Assembly: GCA_963693365.1 (NCBI GenBank)
Contig: CAVNZM010000003.1
Coordinates: forward strand, 7,993,312-8,057,311
DNA from: Amoebidium appalachense
Lineage: Eukaryota > Protista > Ichthyosporea
Length of the DNA: 64,000 bases
Reading direction: 5' to 3'
Below, piece by piece: positions 35,909 through 56,742 of this stretch (position 1 is its first letter; the number at the start of each line of letters is the position of its first letter). The notes beneath the pieces are model-generated. The model worked only from the letters and a program-made list of their open reading frames with translations, did no database searches and was not told the origin of the DNA. The position numbers and the translations under genes are program-made.

Positions 35909-36389
35909 TGTAAACAACTGTACACATGAACTGTACATGTTTACTAAAGAATGTGATCTACTAGCACACGATTCGTGCTTTGTAATGAATATCACATAAA
36001 TATTATGTCCGCACCAATAGGACTCACTCTGACCTAAGAATTGAATCATATATGGTTCTTCCGCTGCATACCACATAAACGAAGTGAACCAATAAGAGGT
36101 TTGCATAAATAGGACAAAGGTCTGACTGGCTCGGACCGCACCAGAATCACGAATGGCATGTTGCCACCCGCGCTGGCCGCGGATGAACCAATCCTGGGCC
36201 TTGATCCGAAACCTGGGGGCTATATAAGAAAGCCGTCCCAGTACGGGGATCACATCAGTGAAGTCTTGAGACAGACTGAGTCGGCCCATAGTAAAAGCAA
36301 CCTGGCCGCGTGTGCCTTTCTACCCGTTCTCTGTCTTTATTTTGATTCAGTTGTACTCTGCCTTATCCTAACTAGTCCAACTGTTTACA
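35909..36389 (+). repeat. 3' LTR
   Basis: Matches the 5' LTR and is followed by TSD CGGTG. Confidence 0.95.
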
Positions 36390-38764
36390 CGGTGGGAGCC
36401 GGCATGCAGAAACTTGCCCTCCAGCTCCTTGCTGGTGAGGCACTCCATCACGCGCACAGTGGTCTCCGCGACCACATAGGCCGCGTAGGAGGGAGTAGAA
36501 AGCCCCTCACGGTCGATGGCCTCCAGGTATGACGTGTCGATGACGTCCGGCCCAAGCTGGGCTCTGACGCTGGCTGGGATCTCCACCACCAGGCGGCGGC
36601 TGCTGAACAAGTGCCCACGGCACTGCTTGCAGCTGCAGCCCCGCCCCGTCTTGAAGCAGACGTAGCCGGCGAGAAAGACGACCACGCTCTTGTTGGGGAC
36701 GGTGATGGCAGCCAACAGAGCGCCAATGCTGGAGAAGGGCTGCAGCAGAACGTCCAGTTCCACGGCAGGCTTGGCCAGCAGGGCAGTCTCGTTGAACTTG
36801 ACGGCCTGCTTGAGAGTGCTGATGCCCACGGCCTTGCCCGTGCCCCGGCGGAACGTGAAGAGGTTGATGAGCCGGATGCGCCGCTCAGACTCAAGCACCT
36901 GTTCAATATCACACCTTCCGTTAGCTTGGCATTATCCTGATTTACAACTGTGCAGATGAAGAGCACCGCACAGACCATAAATAGTTGCCAGCTGCAGCCG
37001 GCTGATTTGGGTGTTTGCAAGTTAATGCAATGCTTGTGTCGGTCAGGAGGGGATCTGGGAAATGGAGGTGGAAAAGGGAGGGGGGTGAAGGGGGGGGGGG
37101 GGGGGGGGATTACTTCTTTTGGCAATTGGTGTTTAAAGAAGGAAGGTGGGGGTAAGCCTTCTAGGATCCGAAAAAAAAAAGAGGGGGGGGGGGGGGGGAG
37201 TAGGGGAAAAGGGAGGGGGTGGATGGTGGTGGTGTTGGTGGTGTTGGTTGGGAACGAGGGGGAGGGGGGAGGGGGAGGGACTCTGAAAAATTGTCTCAGA
37301 AAAAAAGGAGTGGGGGGAGGAGGAAGGGGGGGGGGGGGGGGGGGAGAACAAGGGTGGAGGGAAGAGGCGACCTGGCGGGTGGAAATGTGGTAATTGCCTC
37401 CGTTCATTTCCCTGTAGTGTCCAAACCGACCCTCCAACTGGTCGGTCATAATCTTGCCCAGAAGAACGTAGACCCAGTTGAGGTCGTCCTTTAGATACTC
37501 CACAAGGGCTATCTGCAAACATTTAAAACCCGAGTGTTAAGGATAGTTTCCCAAAAAAAAGGTGGCCCAGAGTGCATAACCAACGTGCTTATCGAAGCAC
37601 AAAGGTTGAGTGCACGGGCTTGGCTTTGCTGAGTTGGCCTTCTCCTTGCACGAATGAAGTAACTGGTACAACTTGGACCACCGAGATATAGAATGTGACG
37701 TGTGCGAATCAACCGAAACCGAATAAGATGTAGCCCCAAACGCTATTTAGACGGTCTAAGAAGTTGTCGCACAACTCGCTGAACGAGTGTATGGTGTCAA
37801 GTTGTTCTAGCCGGGCCTTCTCAGCCTCTTCCTGGAGCTTTGCTCGTTTGTTTTGCTCTTCTCGTCTATCCTCTGGGTTTCTCCTGGGTGTCTTTTCCTC
37901 TATGACTATATTCCGTTCTGTGTTGATTATGCAAGGAATCTGATTCTCTTTGCACCTTGCGTGGGAATGTTTAATAAACCGAGATATATCTGTTTTAGGA
38001 TCTTTGTAGTCAAAACCTAGGTCAAGTTGTTCGGGCCTAAAATGTTTGATACAAATACCTATACAGCTTGTGTTACTTTTTACCGTTAAGTCTTGGCGTT
38101 TGCAGAAACTGACCCACTTGTGAAAACGCTCGGGCTCTTTAGTTTTGTTAGGAAAAGCAAAACAAGATGCACTCTCGTGCCCTTTGTAATTAGTTGTGCA
38201 GCCGTAGACAGCACAAGATCTTGGCATCTGCGTAGCGGCTGGGCGTGGCCAAAGTGGCATTGCCCAGCCTTTTTTATATATAATGCAGGCACACTTCACG
38301 TAAAGTGGTGGCAAAGAAATAGTTACTTTTCCACGTGTAGCAGCAACACAAGCGGCCGGCACACAGCCCCCTAGATCACAACGAGAGATCGATGGGGATT
38401 GATGAAGTAATTGTACTTACGTCAACTTAAAGTCTTAGCCCCTTAAAATAACTCCCTAAATTATATTTTAAGCGCCAAAAAAATGGCATAAACCATTAAA
38501 ATGTTAAATAAATGAGCGCTTTGACGTATTTGTTATTTCATAAAGCTATTAAAATAGACTAGATACTAATATTGTTGGTTTTTCCTTATCCTTAATGTTG
38601 GTACCCCACAATTTCCCGAGTATACAAAGAACACCAAAAGCCCGCCATTTGCTGTATTGTCCAATCACTAAATGGCAGTCAAAAATCTTCTATCCAATCG
38701 AAATCGCCTTTACTGGGTTTCGCGCGTTCCTCAGTTGGCCAATCATTTCGCTGGATTCGGCTGG

Positions 38765-40050
38765 ATGCGACATCGAAATGTGATGGGAATATGAATTTGA
38801 ACACGGATGAAAGTCGGATGGGGGAGGGATGGTCACAGCTTTCGTTGACAAGAAATAAGTTTTGGACAAGGAAAAAGACTGAGGACGCCAGGTCCCGGAA
38901 GCCCCATTTACATCGTGATGTTTATTGATCTGGGGGGCTTCCGTGTCTGGGGTGACTCGATGTATATCTACGTCACATGTTAAGCGCACAAGAGAAGGAT
39001 AGTGTGTGTCCTCACACATGGATAAGGCTAGTACGTGGATGCCAACGTAAAAGCATGTGGATGCATACTAGGGGTAGGGGGGGCGTCACAGTGTATATGT
39101 CAGGGACAGGCAAACCTCCAAGCCATCCCCTAACCACACGTGGGCGGGCTGCAGTGCCTCTGAGGATGACCTCACGTGGGTACAAAACATAAAAGCAAAA
39201 CATGTAAGCAGAGGCGAGCAAGAGCGAGAAGCAGACATAGATCTTCCGGATGTACATGTTGAAATATATCGTGATTGGGTATATACACGTAGTTTGCGCA
39301 AACGACGGCTGTTCAGACTGAAGGAAAACACACGACTCTAGTGATCGTCAGGTAGTGATCTTAACCACCGTGTGGGCATAAGCAAAGTCCGAGGCTCACA
39401 CCCTCCGGCAAACGTGTGCTGGGCTTAGTGTCTGGCCGGCACCCATTATGCGGGATTAGCAGCACACGGGGGTGGCGTTTCTCGTGCTTTGCTTATACGC
39501 ACAAAGTATCAGGACCAAAACTTGCCGATCACTGTGTGGTCGTGTGTGGAAAAATGGGAAAAGATGATGCGCTCATGAGAAATGGGCTGGTGCGAAAACC
39601 GGGTTGTGTGTGCTACAATATAAAAAATGATATGGCTGTTGCAAAAAAAAAAAGGCCTCATTGCGGGGCGACGTCCGAATAGTAAGCAAATGCATCCTCG
39701 TGTATCCGTAGTTATCCGTGGACTGCTGTGACCATCCGTCCGTAAAAATGAGCTATCGTAGCATGCTAGCAGAGCGCGCGTGTGGAAGCGTGTTTACCTG
39801 GTTACCCCCGAGGGAGACCTTCCTTCTCTGCTACCATGCGACATCGAAATGTGATGGGAATATGAATTTGAACACGGATGAAAGTCGGATGGGGGAGGGA
39901 TGGTCACAGCTTTCGTTGACAAGAAATAAGTTTTGGACAAGGAAAAAGACTGAGGACGCCAGGTCCCGGAAGCCCCATTTACATCGTGATGTTTATTGAT
40001 CTGGGGGGCTTCCGTGTCTGGGGTGACTCGATGTATATCTACGTCACATG
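38765..40050. repeat. 215-bp direct repeats around an 856-bp insert
   Basis: 38765-38979 = 39836-40050. Confidence 0.9.
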
Positions 40051-40234
40051 GAAGCTAACCCTACTCTTGATGACGTCACTTCTCATATGTGACGACCTCG
40101 TGCCTCGGCCCGGTGTGCTATTTAGGAGGCCTTGATATCTACGTCACATGGAAGCTAACCCTACTCTTGATGACGTCACTTCTCATATGTGACGACCTCG
40201 TGCCTCGGCCCGGTGTGCTATTTAGGAGGCCTTG
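40035..40234. repeat. Exact 100-bp tandem duplication of the P-element end, including its TIR
   Basis: 40035-40134 = 40135-40234. Confidence 0.95.
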
Positions 40235-41258
40235 CCCGCCACCCATATATAGAATAGAATAGGGGATTCGAGGTGCCTGGTAGTAACCGCGTCTATTTTT
40301 TCTTTTTCTTTGTTTGTTTCCTTGGCTCGAACCTTTTTATGCAGGTGCATGCATGTCTTCAAGTGGCTCCACCGTTTTTCAAAATGGTTGCGTTGCGGTG
40401 TGCTGTTTAGCCCTCCATCTGAAGGGAGCCCACTTTGGTGTCCGTTTGTTTTCATTGGCCATGGTCGTGCAGGATCAAAGGTTATGCCAAGTGTGTATCT
40501 GAAATGCTTCTTCTTATGTGTCATCGATTTCATGGGGGAAGGGTCACCAGCAATAATATGGTAACTTAATTGTGTCCGCATTGCTGCTACCTACACAGAA
40601 TGTGCAGGCTGACCAGGTTGAATGTGCGCCGTTGAAAAGTCACAGCTAGGCACGTAATATCGATAGGTAACGTGTGCGTGCGGGCGCAGCGTGCATTCTG
40701 CTGTGTGTGTGTGAGTGTGGTGTGTGTATGTGCGTGTGTGTTTGTCTTGTGTTTGCGTGAGTGTGCGCGTGTATGTGCGAGTGTGACACTTGTGTATGCG
40801 TGTGTGTGTATGTGTGTGTCACGTGTGTGCGTGCGTGTGCGTGTGCGTGTGTGTGTGTGTTGTGTGTGTGTGCACACGTTCGTGTGGATGGTGGTATGTG
40901 TGCAGGTGCATGTTCTACTTCAGGTTGTGCAACCTGACGTGTTTCAAACCCACTGATACGGGTTACGCGGGTTGACACTTGCTGCAATCATTGAGCTGAG
41001 CGTGTCATTGCCAGAACGGCGAGTGGATGGCGACACGTGCACGTGGGTTTGTGCCAAAAAAGATAAAAAGGTTGGGTAAGGTGTTCAAGTTGGTGTGGAG
41101 GTGTGTCAGTGTGAGCCCACTTTAGTGTGTGTTCGCTTCTCGAGCTCCGTGTCTGTACACGGTGTCATTTTTTTGAGTCTAGTCTAAGTGCGGGGATTCG
41201 CAAAGCGTAGTCTCCCGTGCTAAACAAGTTAGGCAAGTATTTTTTTGTCGTCTCTGCG

Positions 41259-41291
<33 letters not shown>

Positions 41292-41933
41292 ATATAGATG
41301 CCGGTTATTCCGGGAGGAAGTGAATATTCACGTGGCGGATAGGCCTTACTAACCAATTCGGTTGTGTTCATTGAATAGTATGTCCTTGAATGTATCGCCA
41401 ACAAACTTCTGCACATCTGCACATCCAACGTGCACATTTTCAACACAGTGGCCATGTTCTGTGTTCATGGCCCTTTTCCAATTTCCTGTGTACGATTTAC
41501 TATGTATACAAGACAAACTTCCTCTGGTGGCCACAATTCAAGCGTGCATTGCATAAATACATAAATATCACCGATTTTCTTTCTCTCCGTTCTTCATTTG
41601 TACAAACGGTCACTAGTTGTACCTATATGTCCTCTCTCCTGCATGTAGTATACTGAATACATTACTCTTAAAGGTGTTACTCTCGGGGTACCAATAATTG
41701 AGTGCCGAGTGTGTGCACGTGTGTTTCGAGCCTCAGACCAAAAAAGGTGTGTTTTGTTGTGAAGGGAAATGGAGAGGGGTAGATGAAATATATAAAATTG
41801 ACCCTGCAAGGTTAAGCAGCCGCGAAGCAGCCACGAACACACACGTGAAGTTCTGTGTTCAAATACCTATATGGAACGTGTGCACTTGTGTTAAAGTGTT
41901 GTGTGGCGTGTGAGTGTGTGTGTATATGCCTGT

Positions 41934-50418
<8,485 letters not shown>

Positions 50419-50794
50419 CTTTCTGTTGCTTTTGGGCAAAGCCTTTTCCTGTTTAGCAAAATTTTCACGCTGTTTAACACGTCTCCGCCCTTCTGAGTCT
50501 GTTTTTTTTCGACGGTCACGGTTGAGGCGGCGGCTCTCAGCGGTTACCGTAGGCTAGACAAAAGTGGTGTCTGCGATATGATTGGTCACTAAGGGCCTCT
50601 ATTTTGCCTTCCATAAAAGGAAATGCGACAGAAACTTTCTGCAGAATTTGAGTTGCATACTTACTGACTTATACTGATACTCACTCAAATATGACTAATA
50701 ACATAAATAATGTTTTGAGAATGATATGTCTGTACAATAGTTGCTGCAGTCTGAAGATACACAACATAGCCTACCGAAGCCTACCGAAGCCAAC

Positions 50795-50965
50795 TTGGCC
50801 GGCCCGGCCGTTTTTGAACCGCACGGTCATGGTGGCGCACGCCGCACACTCGATCTATTCAAAGAAGTTCAATCTATAGGCCATTGATGATTCGCTTACG
50901 GTCACGCATGTAATAAATCCAAATCGTATTATCCACTATCTCAGCAATATGCACATTCCAGATCT
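50795..50965 (+). repeat. Diverged dispersed repeat (partner 53195-53352), probable DNA-transposon remnant
   Basis: Shared AACCGCACG, GCACACTC.ATCTATTC.AAGAAG, GCCATT.ATGATTCG.TTA.GGTCACGC.TGTAATAAA and AGCA.TATGCACATTCCAGA. Confidence 0.7.
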
Positions 50966-51379
50966 GGCACAGACCCTGGGAGAGCTCCCTGGGATCCGGA
51001 CCTTGAAAAAGACGTAAAACGGTGTGACACCATACCTTTTGTTATCGATTCAAAAAGGGAGTCGGTTGTTTCTTTGCACCTGGGGCACGCCGGGGGCAGA
51101 TATATACCTTGAGGTGGCCCCGATGTAAATGTAAATGTAGTCTGTGCATGGTGGGTAGGGGACTCATGTATGGCCATTTTAAAAACGTTAACGTTCGTAG
51201 TGTTGTGCTCGTGGCTCGGTTGCAGACATGCAGTGCTGATTCTAAGGGACGCAAGCTGGCTGCCCGCTGTGCCAGTGTACAGTAGTTCAAGTTGTGGCCC
51301 AGTTGCCGGATGGTGGTGGTGGGGGGAGGGGGGGCGGGCCTGGGGGGGGGGGGGGGGGGGGGGGGGGGGACAATAATAC

Positions 51380-52190
51380 GGCTTACGTACTACTAACTAG
51401 AACAGAATGGATAAACTTATGTGACACTGTCCGACCCATGCTAGCTAGGGCCCCCGGCCTCGTGTCACAGTCAATCTCCCCCCCCCCCCCCCTTTCCCCC
51501 AGGGAGAGAAGGGCTCGAAAGAGAAAGAGAAAGGCTCAATTGCCGGCCGGGGACCGGGTGTGGTTGGGGTGAATGGGTAGGTCCCTAACCCCCCTGCCCC
51601 CCGCCCCCTTTCCCCCCCATGGCATCCCCCCCCCCCCCCCCCCCCGGCCCTCCGGGACCACCGGGAAAGAAACTTCCTGTTTCCGCCTTAAGGCCAGCAG
51701 GTTCTCCGAGCTCCCGGGCCCTCCGCTAGCGGAGGGCCCGGGAGCTCGGCTCAGGACATCTACCCAGGCCATCGTATGGATGGGTCATCCCTCCCCCAGC
51801 CCTCCGGGGAGTGCACGTAGGGGAGAAGGGCTAGCGGAGGGCCCGGGAGCTCGGCTCAGGACATCTACCCAGGCCATCGTATGGATGGGTCATCCCTCCC
51901 CCAGCCCTCCGGGGAGTGCACGTAGGGGAGAAGGGGCAGACTGGGTAACCGTTGGGGTGTGTTTGTGTGTGTGTCTCCTGCCGGCGTGGCTGGGGTAGTA
52001 ACCCTGGGCAAAGTGTGTACTATTTATTAAGTTGTGAAGGATGGTTTAGCTTAGCGAACTAGTAGTCTAAGATAGCACCCTAACTTACGTGTACTGTCGG
52101 TGCAGGAGACACACACACAAACACGGTAGTTTCCCCAGAGGGTCTGCAAAGGCCCTCCGGGAACAAAACGTGATAAACTAAATATGGAAA
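51380..52190 (-). repeat. Dispersed hairpin-rich repeat, copy 2, with an internal 105-bp tandem duplication (51725-51934)
   Basis: Homologous blocks to 12520-12990; GCTAGCGGAGGGCCCGGG...GGAGAAGG repeated twice. Confidence 0.7.
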
Positions 52191-52412
52191 AAAAAAAGAA
52201 AGAAAAAATGTTTGTGTGTGTGTGCGGTGGTGGTAGTGGTAGCGGTGGTAGGAGGGGAGGCTGTGGGGGGGGAGGGGGGGGCGGGGGGGGGGGGGGGGGA
52301 GCTCGACTACTACCTCCTCCTGCCCGGCATGTGCGCAGAGGCCCATCCAAAACTAACCCCGGGCCCCTGAGTGTGTGTGTGATGCCGTGTGTGTGTGTGT
52401 GTGTGTGGGTGT

Positions 52413-52444
<32 letters not shown>

Positions 52445-54011
52445 AGAAGACGGTGCCTCCTGTCCGGCAGAGACCCCTCCAAAACTACCCCCCCCCCCTC
52501 CCCCCCCCCTGGGATTTAAGGCTTGTCCCCTCAAGCTTGGACCAATGGTTTCGTCGACTGTAAGAAGCCCCGATTCATAGCTTTGATCCATGGCCAGTTA
52601 GTAACGTCTATATGATCTATGTTTTGGGCGGCACTACTATTGCAGCTGATATGCCCCTCGTGTGTGTGCATGGCATGCTGTGTTTTCCAGCACGGCCACA
52701 CACTAGTCTGAGAGGGGCCGCATGCTGCCCGAGGGGCATACAATTGACATGTGCATACATGCCACTGAGGTACATGCACTAACGTGTGCAGGCCCAAATA
52801 AATATTTACTTGGAAGGGGGTCCGGAAAAGAAGGACAAACACAGAACGTCCATATGTCATACTTCACCGAGGTTATAGTATTTAGTTAGCAAGAATCTAT
52901 CACTTATAACCCCTCTACTTGAGGTTTAGTCAGCTGAGAGCGAGTCTACATAGCTAATATTAATTTGAAGACGTCAAAACGACGTCTTCTAATTTTGATC
53001 GATTGGAACCTTAGGGAGATACTGTGGCGTTTATACTCGCTCAAAAATCATCAACATAACATTGCTATAAGAATGTTATGTCTCTACAACAATTGCTAGC
53101 TGTAGCTACAATGTAGCTGTAGCCTGAAGATACATACAGAGCATAACGGGATTTATGGCCATGGGATGTGGCCTTCCTGTCGTCATACAGCCCACCCGGC
53201 CGCGGCCGCGGTGCCTTTTCAAAACCGCACGCGCACACTCAATCTATTCGAAGAAGGCTTAATGAACAAGCCATTTATGATTCGTTTAGGGTCACGCGTG
53301 TAATAAAGCTAAATGGTATTGACCAATGCCTTAGCAGTATGCACATTCCAGACCGTGGTCGCAAAAAAACTTGAGACTTTCTTCTGTACGCCCGGTCGGT
53401 CGCACAAAGGGTGCTCTGAGAGACAATCATTATACAAAAACAAAAGCCCATAATGCCTTTTGTTACAATGTTTTGTAAACTATTATACTGATGTACTTAC
53501 AGGCCGCCGTGGATTCATCATTCAACATCTTGATAATTTTATTTCGCACATTCCAACGTGCTCATTCTAGGCATCCAACACGCGATGTGATTGGGTGCTT
53601 TGGTTAAAATAGAGCGGTGATATGCAGATCTTGGCACGCGGGCAGCGGGCCGCGTCGCTGCGCCCTTTTTCTGCTTCGAGTGTGTCGTTTGTGACCATGC
53701 ATTCAGTGCATTCACACCACACATAAGAGTCCCTCGCTCATACCGGCGTCCTCACTTCCACAGCGCCACCGTAGTCCAAAAAGAGAACTGCAAGTAGCCG
53801 AACGATCCAGTCGATCAGGAACTCGATCAGAGATGTTTGGCTGAAAAAACGGCAAAAAACGTACCGATCCGTGAGACGGTTTGATTGACGCAGCCGTAAC
53901 TTTACTTGACATGTCTTGACAAACCATCCACACAGCGCGGTGACGTATTATGATTCGGGATTTCCAAATCAGTATAAGGAGCATCACCATCACCCCCGGG
54001 CTGTCACAACC

Positions 54012-55445
54012 ATGCCGCGATGTGCTTCAATAAGGGGCACCATTTGGGCCCTTTTTCAACTTGCAGCATGCGCTTTCACAGTTGTAATCGCCCAGGAGCA
54101 AGCTGCCACCACCACAAACAGTCCCAGCGCAACAACTAGTACTAGTACCACCTCAGTACCCACCACCACCACCACCAATGCAACTACCACCACCACACAG
54201 CTAGCCCCGCTACAAAGCACAGACACATTACCCTCTACTACAACCCAAAATGACATTCCCGCGACCACAACAACAACTGTTACAACAACGACAACAACAA
54301 CGACGACGACGACGACAACACCAACAATTGCAACAACAACAACAAGCACAACAAGCAGCACCATCCAACCACAACCCACAACAGCTCCCACCAGCACCAC
54401 CACACCAAATTCACCCACATTCACGAAGGGGAGCGGGCCGAAAAAACCAAAAATAACCCCTATCCGCATAGACTTTAACAAGCCCACCTCGAACACAACC
54501 GGAGGCAACATCAACACGGCCATTCTTGGTGGGGTTGTTGTTTCGACAGCCAAACCATGGATGGTGTCTATCGGGTTTTTTTATCACCCTAAACTCAACC
54601 AAGAGTCTTTTAGCATATACTGCGGGGGAACACTTATTGCACCCCAATATGTTCTTACCGCGGCACACTGTATCGGTGACCAAGAAGTTACGGTTGGGGC
54701 GGATGTAATCATTGGAGGTATAGATTTGAGAAGTCACGCCCAACAGTTCGAAAGACGCAAGGTTACATGGGTTAAAAGGCACCCCGGGTATAAGGCGGAC
54801 ACGTTCATCCATGATATTGCAGTTCTGAAACTTGACCGACCAGTCGTAGGAAAAACCCCCATTTCTATCAACACTTCGCCCCAATATGAAGCGCCTGGGA
54901 GGACCGCGTTCTCTACTGGGTGGGGTTTAACAGCGGAATCAGGGAAAGGGGGTACAAGCCCGCAACTTCGTCAGGTGGGCATGGCATTATCGACCGCACA
55001 AGCGTGCAAAAACATCTACATGCGCGTAGATAACCGCTACCAAATGTGTGCGGGTGGGGTCCAAGGAAAGGATACGTGCCAGGGTGATAGCGGGGGTCCT
55101 TTATTCGTTCAGGTCGGAAACACGGCGATTCAAGTGGGTATTGTAAGTTTTGGGCTTGGATGTGGCCGTGGGGGTGTCCCTGGCGTGTATAATCGCGTTT
55201 CCCCGTATATTTCTTGGTTGCAATCTCTGAAAATTGGATTTCGAAAGAGGGGGTTAGGCACACGCGGTATGACGCGTACGTGGAGAAACGATAAGAGATG
55301 TGGTGCTTTGTTTCCCCTTGCTGATGGATCGCCCTCTGAATGTAACCCTGATCGAGCGGCACGAAGTTATTGTTGTTCTCCTAAGGGGTTTTGTGGCGCG
55401 ACGGTTGCTCATTGCACCCGGGGGGGACTCAACTATGTTGCGTAA
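54012..55445 (+). CDS. Secreted trypsin-like serine protease (S1A) with a Thr-rich mucin-like region and a C-terminal chitin-binding-like (CBM18/hevein-related) domain; intronless
   Basis: Signal peptide after M at 54012; ILGG activation site; TAAHC / DIAVL / GDSGGP triad; S1 Asp in KDTCQGDS. Tail WRNDKRCG..FPLADGSPSECNP..YCCSPKGFCG....HC. Confidence 0.92.
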   Translation: MPRCASIRGTIWALFQLAACAFTVVIAQEQAATTTNSPSATTSTSTTSVPTTTTTNATTTTTQLAPLQSTDTLPSTTTQNDIPATTTTTVTTTTTTTTTTTTTPTIATTTTSTTSSTIQPQPTTAPTSTTTPNSPTFTKGSGPKKPKITPIRIDFNKPTSNTTGGNINTAILGGVVVSTAKPWMVSIGFFYHPKLNQESFSIYCGGTLIAPQYVLTAAHCIGDQEVTVGADVIIGGIDLRSHAQQFERRKVTWVKRHPGYKADTFIHDIAVLKLDRPVVGKTPISINTSPQYEAPGRTAFSTGWGLTAESGKGGTSPQLRQVGMALSTAQACKNIYMRVDNRYQMCAGGVQGKDTCQGDSGGPLFVQVGNTAIQVGIVSFGLGCGRGGVPGVYNRVSPYISWLQSLKIGFRKRGLGTRGMTRTWRNDKRCGALFPLADGSPSECNPDRAARSYCCSPKGFCGATVAHCTRGGLNYVA

Positions 55446-56183
55446 TTACGACTAGCTCTGTTCTTAGACTAGCTAGGTGTGAATGATATCTGCCTTTTTC
55501 AATTGTGTAGTGTGTAGTGAAATTTGCTGTTTTTGAGTACATCGTTTTACGATGATTGGTTGATTTGCCGGGTCGAAAACGCAAAATGCTAAGGTTTTTC
55601 TTTAGTCATTATAGTTAATGATATGAATGATCCCGTTGATTTTCTTGAGATTAAATTCGGCGTGCACGTATGCATATTTGGCTAATACACGAATAATTAT
55701 AACTAGATGAATTCAATATTTGCGAATACTTAATGCATTGAATGGTGAAACGTTCAAATGTAGCCATCAACCCTATACTATTATGATAACTTGATATCTA
55801 TAACCAATTTGCATTGAATGCCTCCCATGTCGATTTACGCTTTTAATGTATAATCCTTGTTTTCCTTGACTAGATCAAGACTAAGCTTTCTTCCACGAAT
55901 GTTGTAACAATACCGCACCATTAATTATTTAAAGATAAAGCGCTCTGAGCCACAAATCATTAAAGAAATTCCTTCTAACAGCCTGGTCGAGCGGAAGTGA
56001 ACTATTTTGAAGTGTAAAATACTGGCTTGTATGTCGTTGCATGAAAGGCAAACACATTGCCACAGAGTTGGGATACCCCCCCCGCCCCCCCCCCCCACCC
56101 CCCACCCCCTCCCCCCCCCCCCACACACACACGCACACACGCGCGCGCGCACACACACACGCACAAGCACACACACACGAACG

Positions 56184-56230
<47 letters not shown>

Positions 56231-56306
56231 ATACACACAAACACATGCACACTCGCACATGCACACTAGCACGCACACTCAACGCAAACACACATGCGCA
56301 CACGCA

Positions 56307-56350
<44 letters not shown>

Positions 56351-56557
56351 AGTGCGCGCACACACACACACGCGCGGGCACGTGCGCGCGCGCGTACGCA
56401 CAGACATATACGTGTTTGCTCCTGCCCCACTACCACCTTTCTCCTCCTCCCAGCACGGGGAGACAAAACTCGCACATGAACCTGAGTCAGAACCTCCCAC
56501 CCCACGTGCACACGGATACACACAGACCCACACACACGCGTTTGCGTGCGTGTGCAC

Positions 56558-56588
<31 letters not shown>

Positions 56589-56705
56589 CCACACACACAC
56601 TCATACACATACACGTACACACTACACTACACGCACACGCACACGCACTAAACTCACCCACCCACCCAAGCACACACACACACACATCATCTACACTACA
56701 CGCAC

Positions 56706-56742
<37 letters not shown>

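Larger units (their letters stand above)
31556..36389 (+). mobile_element. Non-autonomous LTR retrotransposon (Gypsy-like remnants)
   Basis: 481-bp LTRs at 31556-32036 and 35909-36389 (TGTAAAC...GTTTACA); 5-bp TSD CGGTG; PBS and PPT present. RT thumb-like remnant AGLKLKGKKCYLFMKEVAFL near 35340-35400. No long ORF. Confidence 0.95.
31187..38227 (-). pseudogene. P-element/THAP9-like transposase; central domain deleted, last exon split by an LTR element
   Basis: THAP C2CH domain MPRSCAVYGC...FPNK..RFHKW..C..ICIKHF...IP from 38227. Exon 37512-37372 gives YVLLGKIMTDQLEGRFGHYREMNGGNY. Exon from 36898 gives FLAGYV..CSCKQC..GLSTPS. Removing 31556-36389 plus one TSD restores ...LHAGSHRLLVRT...NILLNNYTK. 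Confidence 0.88.
30983..40234 (-). mobile_element. P-superfamily (THAP) DNA transposon, family A, defective composite copy
   Basis: Perfect 36-bp TIRs CAAGGCCTCCTAAATAGCACACCGGGCCGAGGCACG (30983-31018; inverse at 40199-40234). 8-bp TSD CCCGCCAC at 30975-30982 and 40235-40242. THAP transposase remnants inside. Confidence 0.95.

Noticed and set aside
30319-40280. Possible older TIR pair (GGCACCTCGA / TCGAGGTGCC) outside the P element
   Set aside because: Short and imperfect, with no TSD; kept only as a weak possibility.
40350-41560. Exon-like blocks between microsatellites
   Set aside because: Stops in the candidate frames and no recognisable product.
50941-51177. CPRC motif reminiscent of a LINE zinc finger
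   Set aside because: An isolated motif with no RT or endonuclease sequence nearby.
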